Source: an uncultured Acidimicrobiales bacterium
Lineage (GTDB): Bacteria; Actinomycetota; Acidimicrobiia; Acidimicrobiales; SZUA-35
Assembly: GCA_937930695.1 (NCBI GenBank)
Contig: CALHCB010000031.1
Coordinates: 2,109-66,108, forward strand
Direction of reading: 5' to 3'
DNA length: 64,000 nt
In this document: in pieces, positions 25,110 through 33,175 of the stretch
Numbering within the stretch: position 1 is the stretch's first letter
Layout of the letters: each line of letters opens with the position of its first letter
Position numbers and translations under genes: made by a program
The notes under the pieces: model-generated
The model's input: only the letters and a program-made list of their open reading frames with translations
Told to the model about the DNA's origin: nothing
The model's database searches: none

Positions 25110-26032
25110 TGGGTGATCTCTTCGATCCATTCGCATTCGGCGTCGGCATGGTTGCCCTCGTCAACCCTTGCGGCTTCGCTCTCTTGCCCGCCTACCTCGG
25201 GTTCTTCCTGGGTCAGGACGATGGCGATCAGCGTCGAATTGTTGCGTTGAACCGAGCGCAGGGCGTCGGGTTCGCCATGACGATCGGCTTCCTGACCGTG
25301 TTCGGCCTTCTCGGACTCGTCTTCACCGGCCTGTGGCAAGCGATCGTCGAATGGCTTCCGTACTTCAATGTCGCACTCGGAATCGGTCTGTTCGTTCTCG
25401 GCATCGCCATGTTGCGGGGCTTCCAGCTGGTCATCAAGATCCCGAAGCTCGAGAAAGGGACCGACTCCACGTCGTTCAGCTCGATGTTCCTCTTCGGCGT
25501 CTCCTATGCCCTCGCATCATTGTCGTGCACCATCGGGCTCTTCCTCACCGCAGTCGGGACCAGCTCTGCTGCCGGAAGCTTTGGTGAGCGGCTCGGAGGC
25601 TTCATCTCCTATGGGCTCGGCATGGGTCTCTTGGCGAGTGTGCTGACGCTGGCGGTTGCCTTCGGTAAGCGGGGCCTCGTCAACCGAGTGCGGTCGATCC
25701 TTCCGAAGATCAACATGATCTCTGCGGTCCTACTGCTTGTCGTTGGGCCCTACATGATCGCCTACGGCATCTGGGAGATTCAGGTGCTGGATGACCCCAC
25801 CACCGTTACTCCGTGGCTCGACAGCATCATCGGCGGGGCGCTCGGATTCCAGTCAGACATGTCGACGTGGTTCGCCGCTGAGTTGTCCCTCTTCGGTCGT
25901 ACCTTCACTCGCACCGGCCTGCTCGGCTGGTTCTTCTTTGGCATCAACGCCATCCTGATCGTCCTCGGTCTGAACGCTCGCAAGAGCGCTCCCAAATCAG
26001 ACGGCAAAGCCAAAGAGGCTGTGAGCGCTTAG
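25109..26032 (+). CDS. ccdA: cytochrome c biogenesis protein CcdA (DsbD-like thiol transporter)
   Basis: 307-aa polytopic membrane ORF with the conserved NPCGFALLP and SLSCTIG Cys motifs. The ATG overlaps the tlpA stop. Confidence 0.85.
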   Translation: MGDLFDPFAFGVGMVALVNPCGFALLPAYLGFFLGQDDGDQRRIVALNRAQGVGFAMTIGFLTVFGLLGLVFTGLWQAIVEWLPYFNVALGIGLFVLGIAMLRGFQLVIKIPKLEKGTDSTSFSSMFLFGVSYALASLSCTIGLFLTAVGTSSAAGSFGERLGGFISYGLGMGLLASVLTLAVAFGKRGLVNRVRSILPKINMISAVLLLVVGPYMIAYGIWEIQVLDDPTTVTPWLDSIIGGALGFQSDMSTWFAAELSLFGRTFTRTGLLGWFFFGINAILIVLGLNARKSAPKSDGKAKEAVSA

Positions 26033-26086
26033 ACAACCAGAACGGGCGCTTCGCAATCACTTCGCTTGTTCCTCTAGTCTCATCTC

Positions 26087-26743
26087 TTGGTCAAAGACGG
26101 TTGGTTCTGGCAAGAGGTCTCTCACGAACCGGTGACGTTCGGGGAGCTTCTTGATCGACCGGGCGTCATCGAGACGCTCGATCTGCGCCGCAAGATCGGT
26201 TTTTGTGCGTTCCATGGCGGAAACCTCGAGCGCTACACCGACCAAATCGCATCAGAGGCTGCAGCCCGAGCTGATGCATCGTTCTACGGCGTGCTCCAGC
26301 CAACGGGGATGCGCCAACACATTCCGTCGACAAAGGTCGATCCTGCTGAGTCCGAGAAGCTGAGCGCCTTCATTGACCATTGCGACGTCGTGATTGCCAT
26401 CCACGGCTACGGACTGCGCGGCCGTTGGACGGACCTTCTGTTCGGAGGGACGAACCGCGAGCTCGCCAGCCACGTCGCGTGGCATGTTCGGCGCTCGCTT
26501 CCCCAGTACCAAGTGATCGATGACCTTGATCGAATCCCCAAGGGCCTCAAGGGGCAACATGCCAAAAATCCGTGCAATCTCTCGCGACACGGCGGCCTGC
26601 AAATCGAGCTTCCCCCGCGGGTACGCGGACTGACTCCGATGGCAAGGCACTGGCCCGGCCACGATCCCCGGACACGTCGCTTTCCCCATATTGGTCATCT
26701 CGTCGACGGGCTGGTGGTCGCGGCTCAGACGTGGCCGGCATAG
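26087..26743 (+). CDS. poly-gamma-glutamate hydrolase family protein
   Basis: 218-aa ORF. FHGGNLERYTDQIA and VVIAIHGYG match the PF05908-type (YjqB-like) zinc hydrolase pattern. Confidence 0.65.
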   Translation: MVKDGWFWQEVSHEPVTFGELLDRPGVIETLDLRRKIGFCAFHGGNLERYTDQIASEAAARADASFYGVLQPTGMRQHIPSTKVDPAESEKLSAFIDHCDVVIAIHGYGLRGRWTDLLFGGTNRELASHVAWHVRRSLPQYQVIDDLDRIPKGLKGQHAKNPCNLSRHGGLQIELPPRVRGLTPMARHWPGHDPRTRRFPHIGHLVDGLVVAAQTWPA

Positions 26744-26752
26744 GGTCGATGG

Positions 26753-27679
26753 GTGCAGTTCCGAATCTTCACCGAACCCCAACAAGGTGCCAGCTACAGC
26801 CAGCTGCTCGCCGTCGCTCAAGCCGCCGAATCCCACGGATTCGACGGCTTTTTCCGATCGGACCATTTCATGGTTATGGGAGACGGCGATGGAATGCCGG
26901 GACCCACACACGCATGGGTCACCCTGGCGGCTCTCGCTCGTGACACCTCGACGATTCGGCTCGGGACGCTGGTGAGCCCGATCACGTTCTATCGGCCGGG
27001 TCCCCTAGCCATCTCCGTCGCTCAGGTCGACGAAATGAGCGGTGGGCGCGTCGAGCTGGGTATCGGAGCTGGCTGGTATGAGGCCGAGCACGCCGCGTAC
27101 GGCATCCCATTCCCCGCAACCGGCGAGCGGATGAGTCGGCTGGAAGAAGCGGTCGAACAAATCGTTGGGTTGTGGACCACGCCGATGGGTGAGACCTACT
27201 CACACGACGGGGTCTTTCATCAGATGACCGACTCACCCGCACTACCAAAGCCTGTGCAAGCTCCGCACCCGCCGATCATCATCGGTGGCCGAGGGAAGAA
27301 GCGGACACCCGCCCTCGCGGCTCGGTACGCCTCGGACTTCAACCTTCCCTTCGGCCCGCCCGCCGACACGGTCGAAATCATGGATCGAGTCCGGGCAGCG
27401 TGCGAAACGATCGGGCGAGATCCGGACGAGATCACCTATTCGGTTGCCCAGGTGTTGTGCGTTGGCGAAACCGAGGCTGACGTCGATCGCCGAGCGGCTG
27501 TGATCGGACGCGAACCCGACGAGCTGCGGGAGAACGGAATGGCCGGAACGGTCGACCAGGTGCAGGCCAAGGTCGAAGAGTTCGCCGCTCTCGGAGTTGA
27601 GCGCATGTACTTGCAGGTGCTCGACCTTGCCGACCTCGACCACATCGACCTGGCCAGCACCACGCTCATCAAGGGCTGA
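26753..27679 (+). CDS. LLM-class F420-dependent oxidoreductase
   Basis: 308-aa ORF. The N-terminus MQFRIFTEPQQGASYSQLLAVAQAAESHGFDGFFRSDHF is typical of the Rv1855c-type luciferase-like family. Confidence 0.85.
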   Translation: MQFRIFTEPQQGASYSQLLAVAQAAESHGFDGFFRSDHFMVMGDGDGMPGPTHAWVTLAALARDTSTIRLGTLVSPITFYRPGPLAISVAQVDEMSGGRVELGIGAGWYEAEHAAYGIPFPATGERMSRLEEAVEQIVGLWTTPMGETYSHDGVFHQMTDSPALPKPVQAPHPPIIIGGRGKKRTPALAARYASDFNLPFGPPADTVEIMDRVRAACETIGRDPDEITYSVAQVLCVGETEADVDRRAAVIGREPDELRENGMAGTVDQVQAKVEEFAALGVERMYLQVLDLADLDHIDLASTTLIKG

Positions 27680-28304
27680 GCCGAACCATCGTCCAAGCCC
27701 CGGCAGGGTCTCGTTCGTATCGCAATCGATCATGGAGCCGGCTGGGCCGGCCCTGCCAGAATTCGATTGTCGTCGGAATCACTCGATAACCGCCCCAGTG
27801 GGGCGGGCGCTCGACGACGTCTCCAAACTCTCGGTCGAGCGCAATCATGCGCTCGTCGAGCACCTCACGCGTCGAAATCTCCGCACTCTGCTCTGACGCC
27901 CAGGCACCGAGCTGGGCGGTGCGGGGCCGAACGCCGAAGTAGGCATCGGACTCTGACGGGGCAAGCCGGGTCGCCATCCCCGTGATGCAAACCTGTCGAT
28001 GAAGTCCGAGCCAGGGAAAGGTCAGGGCAACTCTCGGCTCGAGGTCGAGATGAGCCCCTTTGTTGCTCGCGTAGTTCGTATAGAACTCGAAACCTCGCTG
28101 GGCCGACGCGTTTTCCGAAAGACCCTTCAACAAGAGATGTCGGGCCCACGGAGCCCCGTGCGCATCGACCGTAGACACAACCATGGCATTCGGTTCGTCG
28201 AGTTCTGCTGCAACCGCCTGCGCCAACCACTGATCGAACTGAACGAACGGGTCAGCGGCGGCGGAAGCCTCGTCGAACCCCTGTTCAGAATAGTCACGAC
28301 GCAT
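27669..28304 (-). CDS. pdxH: pyridoxamine 5'-phosphate oxidase
   Basis: The C-terminal 211 aa of the long ORF 27669..29243 (MRRDYSEQG...FEFYTNYASNKG...IEFWQGRPSRLHDRLRY) form a complete PdxH. The upstream part of that ORF is antisense to the ABC ATPase. Confidence 0.85.
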   Translation of the reverse strand: MRRDYSEQGFDEASAAADPFVQFDQWLAQAVAAELDEPNAMVVSTVDAHGAPWARHLLLKGLSENASAQRGFEFYTNYASNKGAHLDLEPRVALTFPWLGLHRQVCITGMATRLAPSESDAYFGVRPRTAQLGAWASEQSAEISTREVLDERMIALDREFGDVVERPPHWGGYRVIPTTIEFWQGRPSRLHDRLRYERDPAGAWTMVRLSP

Positions 28305-28433
28305 CCGGGCCAGGTCCGGTCGATTCTCGTTCTCGTTCACCTCCACAGTGTGGCCGATGACGATTGGTTCTCCCTCGAGGCACAAGGTGGGGAGACTGCT
28401 CAGGGTCCCGACTACGATCGCAATGTGGGTTCG

Positions 28434-29324
28434 ATCGACGTGCAAGAGCTCACCGTCCGACTCGATTCGTCCATCATCGTCGACCGCGCCACCTTTGGCG
28501 TCGAACCAGGCGAAGTGGTTGCCCTCCTCGGACCGAACGGTGCCGGAAAGACCACGACGATCGAAACCATCGAGGGGTACCACAAACCCACGAGCGGCAG
28601 CGTCCGCATCCTCGGACTCGACCCGCACCGCGATCGTTCCACCCTGGCAAACCGTTGGGGCGTTATGCCACAGAGCGGCGGCCTCCCCATGGGTCTCACC
28701 GTCTCGGAGGCCGTCGAACTGTTCGCCGGTCTGCACGGTTCTGAACTGAATACCGCAAGCCTGCTCCGCACCTGCGGGTTGGCAGACAAGGCAAAGCGCC
28801 GATGGCGCCGAATGTCGGGCGGTGAGCAACAACGCCTCTCGCTCGCTCTCGCCCTCTGCGGTGGGCACGACGTGATGCTCTTGGACGAACCGACCGCTGC
28901 ACTCGACGGCGAGGGTCGACAAGCGGTGCTTGATCTCATTCGTACGCGTGCCAGCGAGGGATCCGCGGTTCTTCTCACCACCCATCGGTTCGACGACGTC
29001 GAACAGGTCGCGGACCGGGTCGTCGTGCTGCACCACGGACGAGTGGTCACAAGCGGGTCGGTCGCCGAACTCACGACCGGGCAACCTCATGTTCGATTCG
29101 TCACCGAGGCGGGCCTCGATGTTGGATCGCTCGCCACCGAACTCCAGGCGCCGGTGACGGAGATCGAGGCGGGAACCTACCAAATCGATTGCGAACCCAG
29201 CCCACCAGTTGCTCAGGCACTGACCAACTGGCTTGCTCGTCAATCGCTTGTTCCTCGATCGATTGAGTCGGGCACGCGTTCGCTCGAAGAACTGATCAAC
29301 GAGCTAACGAGGGACGCGCCGTGA
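28434..29324 (+). CDS. ABC transporter ATP-binding protein
   Basis: Walker A GPNGAGKTT, signature MSGGEQQR, Walker B LLDEPT. The GTG at 28434 was chosen because it lies just before IDVQELTV. The start is uncertain, and the GTG at 28350 is also in frame. Confidence 0.85.
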   Translation: MDVQELTVRLDSSIIVDRATFGVEPGEVVALLGPNGAGKTTTIETIEGYHKPTSGSVRILGLDPHRDRSTLANRWGVMPQSGGLPMGLTVSEAVELFAGLHGSELNTASLLRTCGLADKAKRRWRRMSGGEQQRLSLALALCGGHDVMLLDEPTAALDGEGRQAVLDLIRTRASEGSAVLLTTHRFDDVEQVADRVVVLHHGRVVTSGSVAELTTGQPHVRFVTEAGLDVGSLATELQAPVTEIEAGTYQIDCEPSPPVAQALTNWLARQSLVPRSIESGTRSLEELINELTRDAP

Positions 29325-30055
29325 GCACTTCCAGGAGCATCGATCGACTACGAGTGCTGACGAAGGCAGACCTTCGCGTGGCATTTCGGGACGGCGAGCA
29401 ACTTCTGCTCACGCTCGGACTACCCGTGCTCTTCCTCGTCTTCTTTTCGCTCGTCGATGTGCTTCCCACGGGAACAAACGAACCCGTCGACTATCTGGCC
29501 CCAGGAATCCTCGCCTTGGCCCTGATGTCCGCCGCCTTCGTCCGCCTCGCTATCGGCATCGGCTTCGACATCGGCTTTGGCGCCATACGTCGATTCGGGG
29601 TCACTCCGCTGCGTGTCGAGGAGTTCATCGGCGCCAAGCTCGCCACGACGGTCGTGTTGTTCATCTTCCAGCTCATCGTTCTGGTGACCACCGCACTGCT
29701 TCTCGGATGGAGTCCACGCGTCTCGGCGCTGGTCGTACCTGCCATGCTTCTCGGACTCGTTGCGTTCGTCGGCCTGGCGTTCGTTCTCACGGGTCTGGTC
29801 GACGGCCTTGGTGCCCTCGCAGCAGCCAACGCGCTCTACGTTGTGCTGCTGCTCCTGAGCGGCATCGTTTTTGAGCTCGACCGTCTTCCCGGCTGGCTCG
29901 TCATCGTTGTGAAACTGCTTCCCTCAACTGCTCTTGCCGAGCTTCTTCGATCCACGTTGGGCAGCTCGGCCGGACCGAGTTGGGCCTGGCTTTGTCTCGC
30001 TGGATGGGCGATTGGCACCCCGATCCTTGGCTCACGCCTGTTCCGCTGGAGTTAG
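29321..30055 (+). CDS. ABC-2 type transporter permease
   Basis: 244-aa ORF with about 6 TM helices. The start overlaps the ATPase stop. Confidence 0.75.
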   Translation: MSTSRSIDRLRVLTKADLRVAFRDGEQLLLTLGLPVLFLVFFSLVDVLPTGTNEPVDYLAPGILALALMSAAFVRLAIGIGFDIGFGAIRRFGVTPLRVEEFIGAKLATTVVLFIFQLIVLVTTALLLGWSPRVSALVVPAMLLGLVAFVGLAFVLTGLVDGLGALAAANALYVVLLLLSGIVFELDRLPGWLVIVVKLLPSTALAELLRSTLGSSAGPSWAWLCLAGWAIGTPILGSRLFRWS

Positions 30056-31119
30056 GACGTTGCGTCGACCGACCAGCGATGGGCCACGGTCACTGAATCC
30101 GCACCGAGCAGCACCTCGGTCTGGTCTGGGCTGACCGGGCAGGAGATCCGATGCTGTTCATGGGCCACGATCCGGACTCCCGGCGCGAGCTGGCTCAGCA
30201 ACTTGGGCACCATACGGGCAGTCACGTCCGCGGGCAGAAACAACAGGACAACCGTCGCGGAGTTGAGATCAGTGGTCTCGCCGTCCCCCTCAAGGATCGT
30301 CACCTGCGACGCAAGCATGGCGTCGGCGACGCGTTCTCTTGCGGTGGCCACAAGTTCAGGGTCACTGTCGATTCCGGTGCTCCGACAGCCGCGGCGTCGA
30401 GCGGCTTCGATCACGAGCCGGCCATCGCCGCATCCGATATCGATCACGTGGTCGGTTGGACCAATTTCTGCGAACTCGAACAGCGCGTCGAGCAACGAGG
30501 CCGGAGTGCTCAGGAACGGGCCCAGCTGCCCTTCTTCCACCCGGTTCCGTAGTCTGAGTCGCTCAGCAACAAGCCGAAGCGGACGGGTCACGAAGTAGAG
30601 CGGCCACAGAGCCGATGGCAGATCAACGGCACGCCAATCTGCATCGTTCGGCCGAAAGACCGCAGGAAGTTGTTGGAGCTTGGAAGCCGAGGTCCAACGA
30701 ATGTTCAAGACGGTGGTCACGTCGCCCGGTTTGGCCACGGTCAGCACCTGACTCATACGTCGAAACGATTCTCGAGCCGCCCCGGTCCACGGTTCCCACC
30801 TCCGATAGCCCGCCGTCTCCGCAGCGTCCCCGAAGCGACGGGCCTCGTCGAAGGATCCAACCACGGCTTCAAGCGCGTTGATCTGGTCTGCACCATTGGA
30901 CGCCGGACGCAGCTCAGCAGAAATTCGCGTCGTGTCCAGGAGCGACTGGAGTCGACCTTGTTCGTCGGTCACCGCCGCTGCGATATGTCGACACGCCTCG
31001 AGAGCCGCACGCGCCGTGCCATCGGTCGTGTCTGTCGCCAACGCACGGTTGGCCCACTCGACCAGAGTTCGGCTGTAGACCGCTTCCGCCAAGGCAGCGT
31101 CGTTTGGAGCGGTCGTCAT
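30052..31119 (-). CDS. class I SAM-dependent methyltransferase with ~190-aa N-terminal domain of unknown function
   Basis: 355-aa ORF with motif I VIDIGCGDG and post-I GIDSD. It starts 13 nt after the ctaG stop on the same strand. Confidence 0.7.
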   Translation of the reverse strand: MTTAPNDAALAEAVYSRTLVEWANRALATDTTDGTARAALEACRHIAAAVTDEQGRLQSLLDTTRISAELRPASNGADQINALEAVVGSFDEARRFGDAAETAGYRRWEPWTGAARESFRRMSQVLTVAKPGDVTTVLNIRWTSASKLQQLPAVFRPNDADWRAVDLPSALWPLYFVTRPLRLVAERLRLRNRVEEGQLGPFLSTPASLLDALFEFAEIGPTDHVIDIGCGDGRLVIEAARRRGCRSTGIDSDPELVATARERVADAMLASQVTILEGDGETTDLNSATVVLLFLPADVTARMVPKLLSQLAPGVRIVAHEQHRISCPVSPDQTEVLLGADSVTVAHRWSVDATS

Positions 31120-31132
31120 GGCTGACGTCAGC

Positions 31133-32056
31133 TCAGCTGGGCGGTTCGACGGGGGCCGACGTCGTGACGAACACGTCGTTGACCGCTTCGAACGTCAAGT
31201 CTGTTGTTGGCTTATGCCTGTCGAGGCGAGCCTGGCGGTCCTCTGCCTGTTCTACCGCAGCCCACCGACCGAAGATCACCACGATGATCCCCCAGATCAG
31301 GAAGCCTCCGCCGAGCTTCATGATCGCTCCGGCAGCCTGTTGGTCGGTCAGAACATCGACTCCCCACAGACGAGCTGGCGTGTCGTAGTGGCGGTAGACG
31401 ACGCCGGTAGCGAAGACCAACCAGCCCCCGGGCACCGTAGGCACGATCGACATCGCGAACAGATAGATGCATTGGCCGAGCGGAGAGAGCCGCCATTCCT
31501 TCACCGGTCCGATGATGGGCATCCACATGAGAAGGCCTGAGGCGAATACCAAGAGATGGAAACCGAAGTGAACGGCGCCAGAGTCTGCAGACCACTGGAC
31601 AACTCGAGACCAATGCAACCACATGGTGAGGGCATTGAAGATGAGGCCGGCCACAACCGGCTTCGACAGCTTGCGGATGGCCGAGGAGAGGCTCGAACCG
31701 GGCCGGACGAGCAGTTCAAAGACCCATCGAGGTGTGGCGAGAACAAACGCTGCAGGGATCAGGAGAGAGAGCGCGAGGTGCTGCACCATGTGGACTGAGT
31801 AGAGATGGTCCTCAGCGACATCGTGCACTGGCCAGTCTGACGCAATCCAGATACCAAGGATGCCGACCGCGAACCATCGCTTTTGCCCGGCAGTAATCGC
31901 AGGTAAGCCAGCCGCAATCGCCTTTGGCTGGAGAACTCGGCTGGCGTACCAACCAATGGCGAGCGCGCCGAGGACAAGAAACCAGACTTCCGGGTGGGCC
32001 GTCCATGGGACGGACGCCTCCGCCGATGCCTGGGCCGCGATTCCGCCTGCGGCCAT
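31133..32056 (-). CDS. ctaG: cytochrome c oxidase assembly factor CtaG (Bacillus caa3 type)
   Basis: The ORF is trimmed to the ATG at 32056, 5 nt after the subunit IV stop. It is a polytopic membrane protein with HMVQHLALSLLIP-type His motifs, as in the Caa3_CtaG family. Confidence 0.7.
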   Translation of the reverse strand: MAAGGIAAQASAEASVPWTAHPEVWFLVLGALAIGWYASRVLQPKAIAAGLPAITAGQKRWFAVGILGIWIASDWPVHDVAEDHLYSVHMVQHLALSLLIPAAFVLATPRWVFELLVRPGSSLSSAIRKLSKPVVAGLIFNALTMWLHWSRVVQWSADSGAVHFGFHLLVFASGLLMWMPIIGPVKEWRLSPLGQCIYLFAMSIVPTVPGGWLVFATGVVYRHYDTPARLWGVDVLTDQQAAGAIMKLGGGFLIWGIIVVIFGRWAAVEQAEDRQARLDRHKPTTDLTFEAVNDVFVTTSAPVEPPS

Positions 32057-32061
32057 TGGGG

Positions 32062-32415
32062 TCAGAAGACCTGGTCGAACGATGCGAAGACGATGAAGTA
32101 CACCAGCAGCGCCAAGATCGTCGCTGAACCGAATGCCCAGGTAAAGAGCCGACCATTGAGCATCTTCATGTCGAAATAGAGGTGCATGAAAATGCCGCAG
32201 ACCAACAGGAACTTGAAGACCATCATCACGATCAGCGGGACGACGAGGGCTGGGCCCTCCAAGCCGAGATAGGACCAAGCGACCTCCACCGCAGTGAGAA
32301 TCGCCAGGATCACAAAGACGATCCAGTACTGCTTCTCGGTTGGGTGCGCGCCGTGATCATCGTGGCCGTGATCGCCTGCGTGGCTATCGGTGTGATCGAT
32401 CGTTGTGTCAGTCAT
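32062..32415 (-). CDS. ctaF: cytochrome c oxidase subunit IV (prokaryotic COX4/CyoD-like)
   Basis: 117-aa protein with 3 TM helices directly after ctaE. It has a His/Asp-rich N-terminus. Confidence 0.7.
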   Translation of the reverse strand: MTDTTIDHTDSHAGDHGHDDHGAHPTEKQYWIVFVILAILTAVEVAWSYLGLEGPALVVPLIVMMVFKFLLVCGIFMHLYFDMKMLNGRLFTWAFGSATILALLVYFIVFASFDQVF

Positions 32416-32434
32416 CGCTGCGGTCTCCCCGAGC

Positions 32435-33175
32435 TCAAGGAATCAGGTAGACGATCGTGAAGATGAGAACCCACACGACGTCGACGAAGTGCCAGTACAG
32501 ACCCACAAGCTCAACCGTTTCGGCTCGATCCGAATTGAGTTTGCCTCGCAAGGAGAGCAAGAGCAGGGACATCAACATGATGATGCCTCCCGTCACGTGC
32601 ACACCGTGAAAGCCAGTGAGGGTGTAGAAGGCAGAACCAAAGAGGCTTCCGTTGAAGGTCAGACCTTCGTTGTAGAACGCCGTGAACTCATAGACCTGAC
32701 CGGCGATGAAGGTTGAGCCGAGAATGGCCGTCGTGGCCAGCCAGATGCGCTGATTCTTGTAGTCGCCTTCTTCGGTGGCCTTGTGAGCCAGCACCATGCA
32801 GAGCGAGCTCATCAACAGGATGAACGAGCTCAACGAGGTGAAGGGAATGTCGAACAACGGCTCGACGGAGCCCTGCTCCTGCATCTCTTCGACCAAGACC
32901 GAGTTGTCGATGCCGGCGACCACAAACGGGTTGCCAGCGACGAGCTCTGTCAAGAACCGAGTCTTGAGAATCAGATAGGTCGAGATCAGGGCACCAAAGA
33001 GCAGACACTCCGAACCCAAGAAGAGCCACATCGCCAACTTCATGTTGGAGAGACCAAGGCTCGACGTATGTCCGCCGTGGTCATCGTGATCGTCGTGGGA
33101 CTCGGCATCAATCATGGTTTGACCGTCAGCGGCCTCTTCGAGATTGGGAATTTCCGGGTCTTGGAGGTCGGTCAT
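32435..33175 (-). CDS. ctaE: cytochrome c oxidase subunit III
   Basis: 246-aa ORF. The C-terminal FYTLTGFHGVHVTGG...YWHFVDVVWV is the COX3 signature. The start overlaps the ctaD stop. Confidence 0.9.
   Translation of the reverse strand: MTDLQDPEIPNLEEAADGQTMIDAESHDDHDDHGGHTSSLGLSNMKLAMWLFLGSECLLFGALISTYLILKTRFLTELVAGNPFVVAGIDNSVLVEEMQEQGSVEPLFDIPFTSLSSFILLMSSLCMVLAHKATEEGDYKNQRIWLATTAILGSTFIAGQVYEFTAFYNEGLTFNGSLFGSAFYTLTGFHGVHVTGGIIMLMSLLLLSLRGKLNSDRAETVELVGLYWHFVDVVWVLIFTIVYLIP

Noticed and set aside
28305-29243. N-terminal 313 aa of the 524-aa minus-strand ORF 27669..29243
   Set aside because: Only the last 211 aa form PdxH. The upstream part is antisense to a well-supported ABC ATPase (Walker A, signature and Walker B motifs on the plus strand). 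It has the Arg/Gly/Ser-rich composition typical of spurious high-GC frames.
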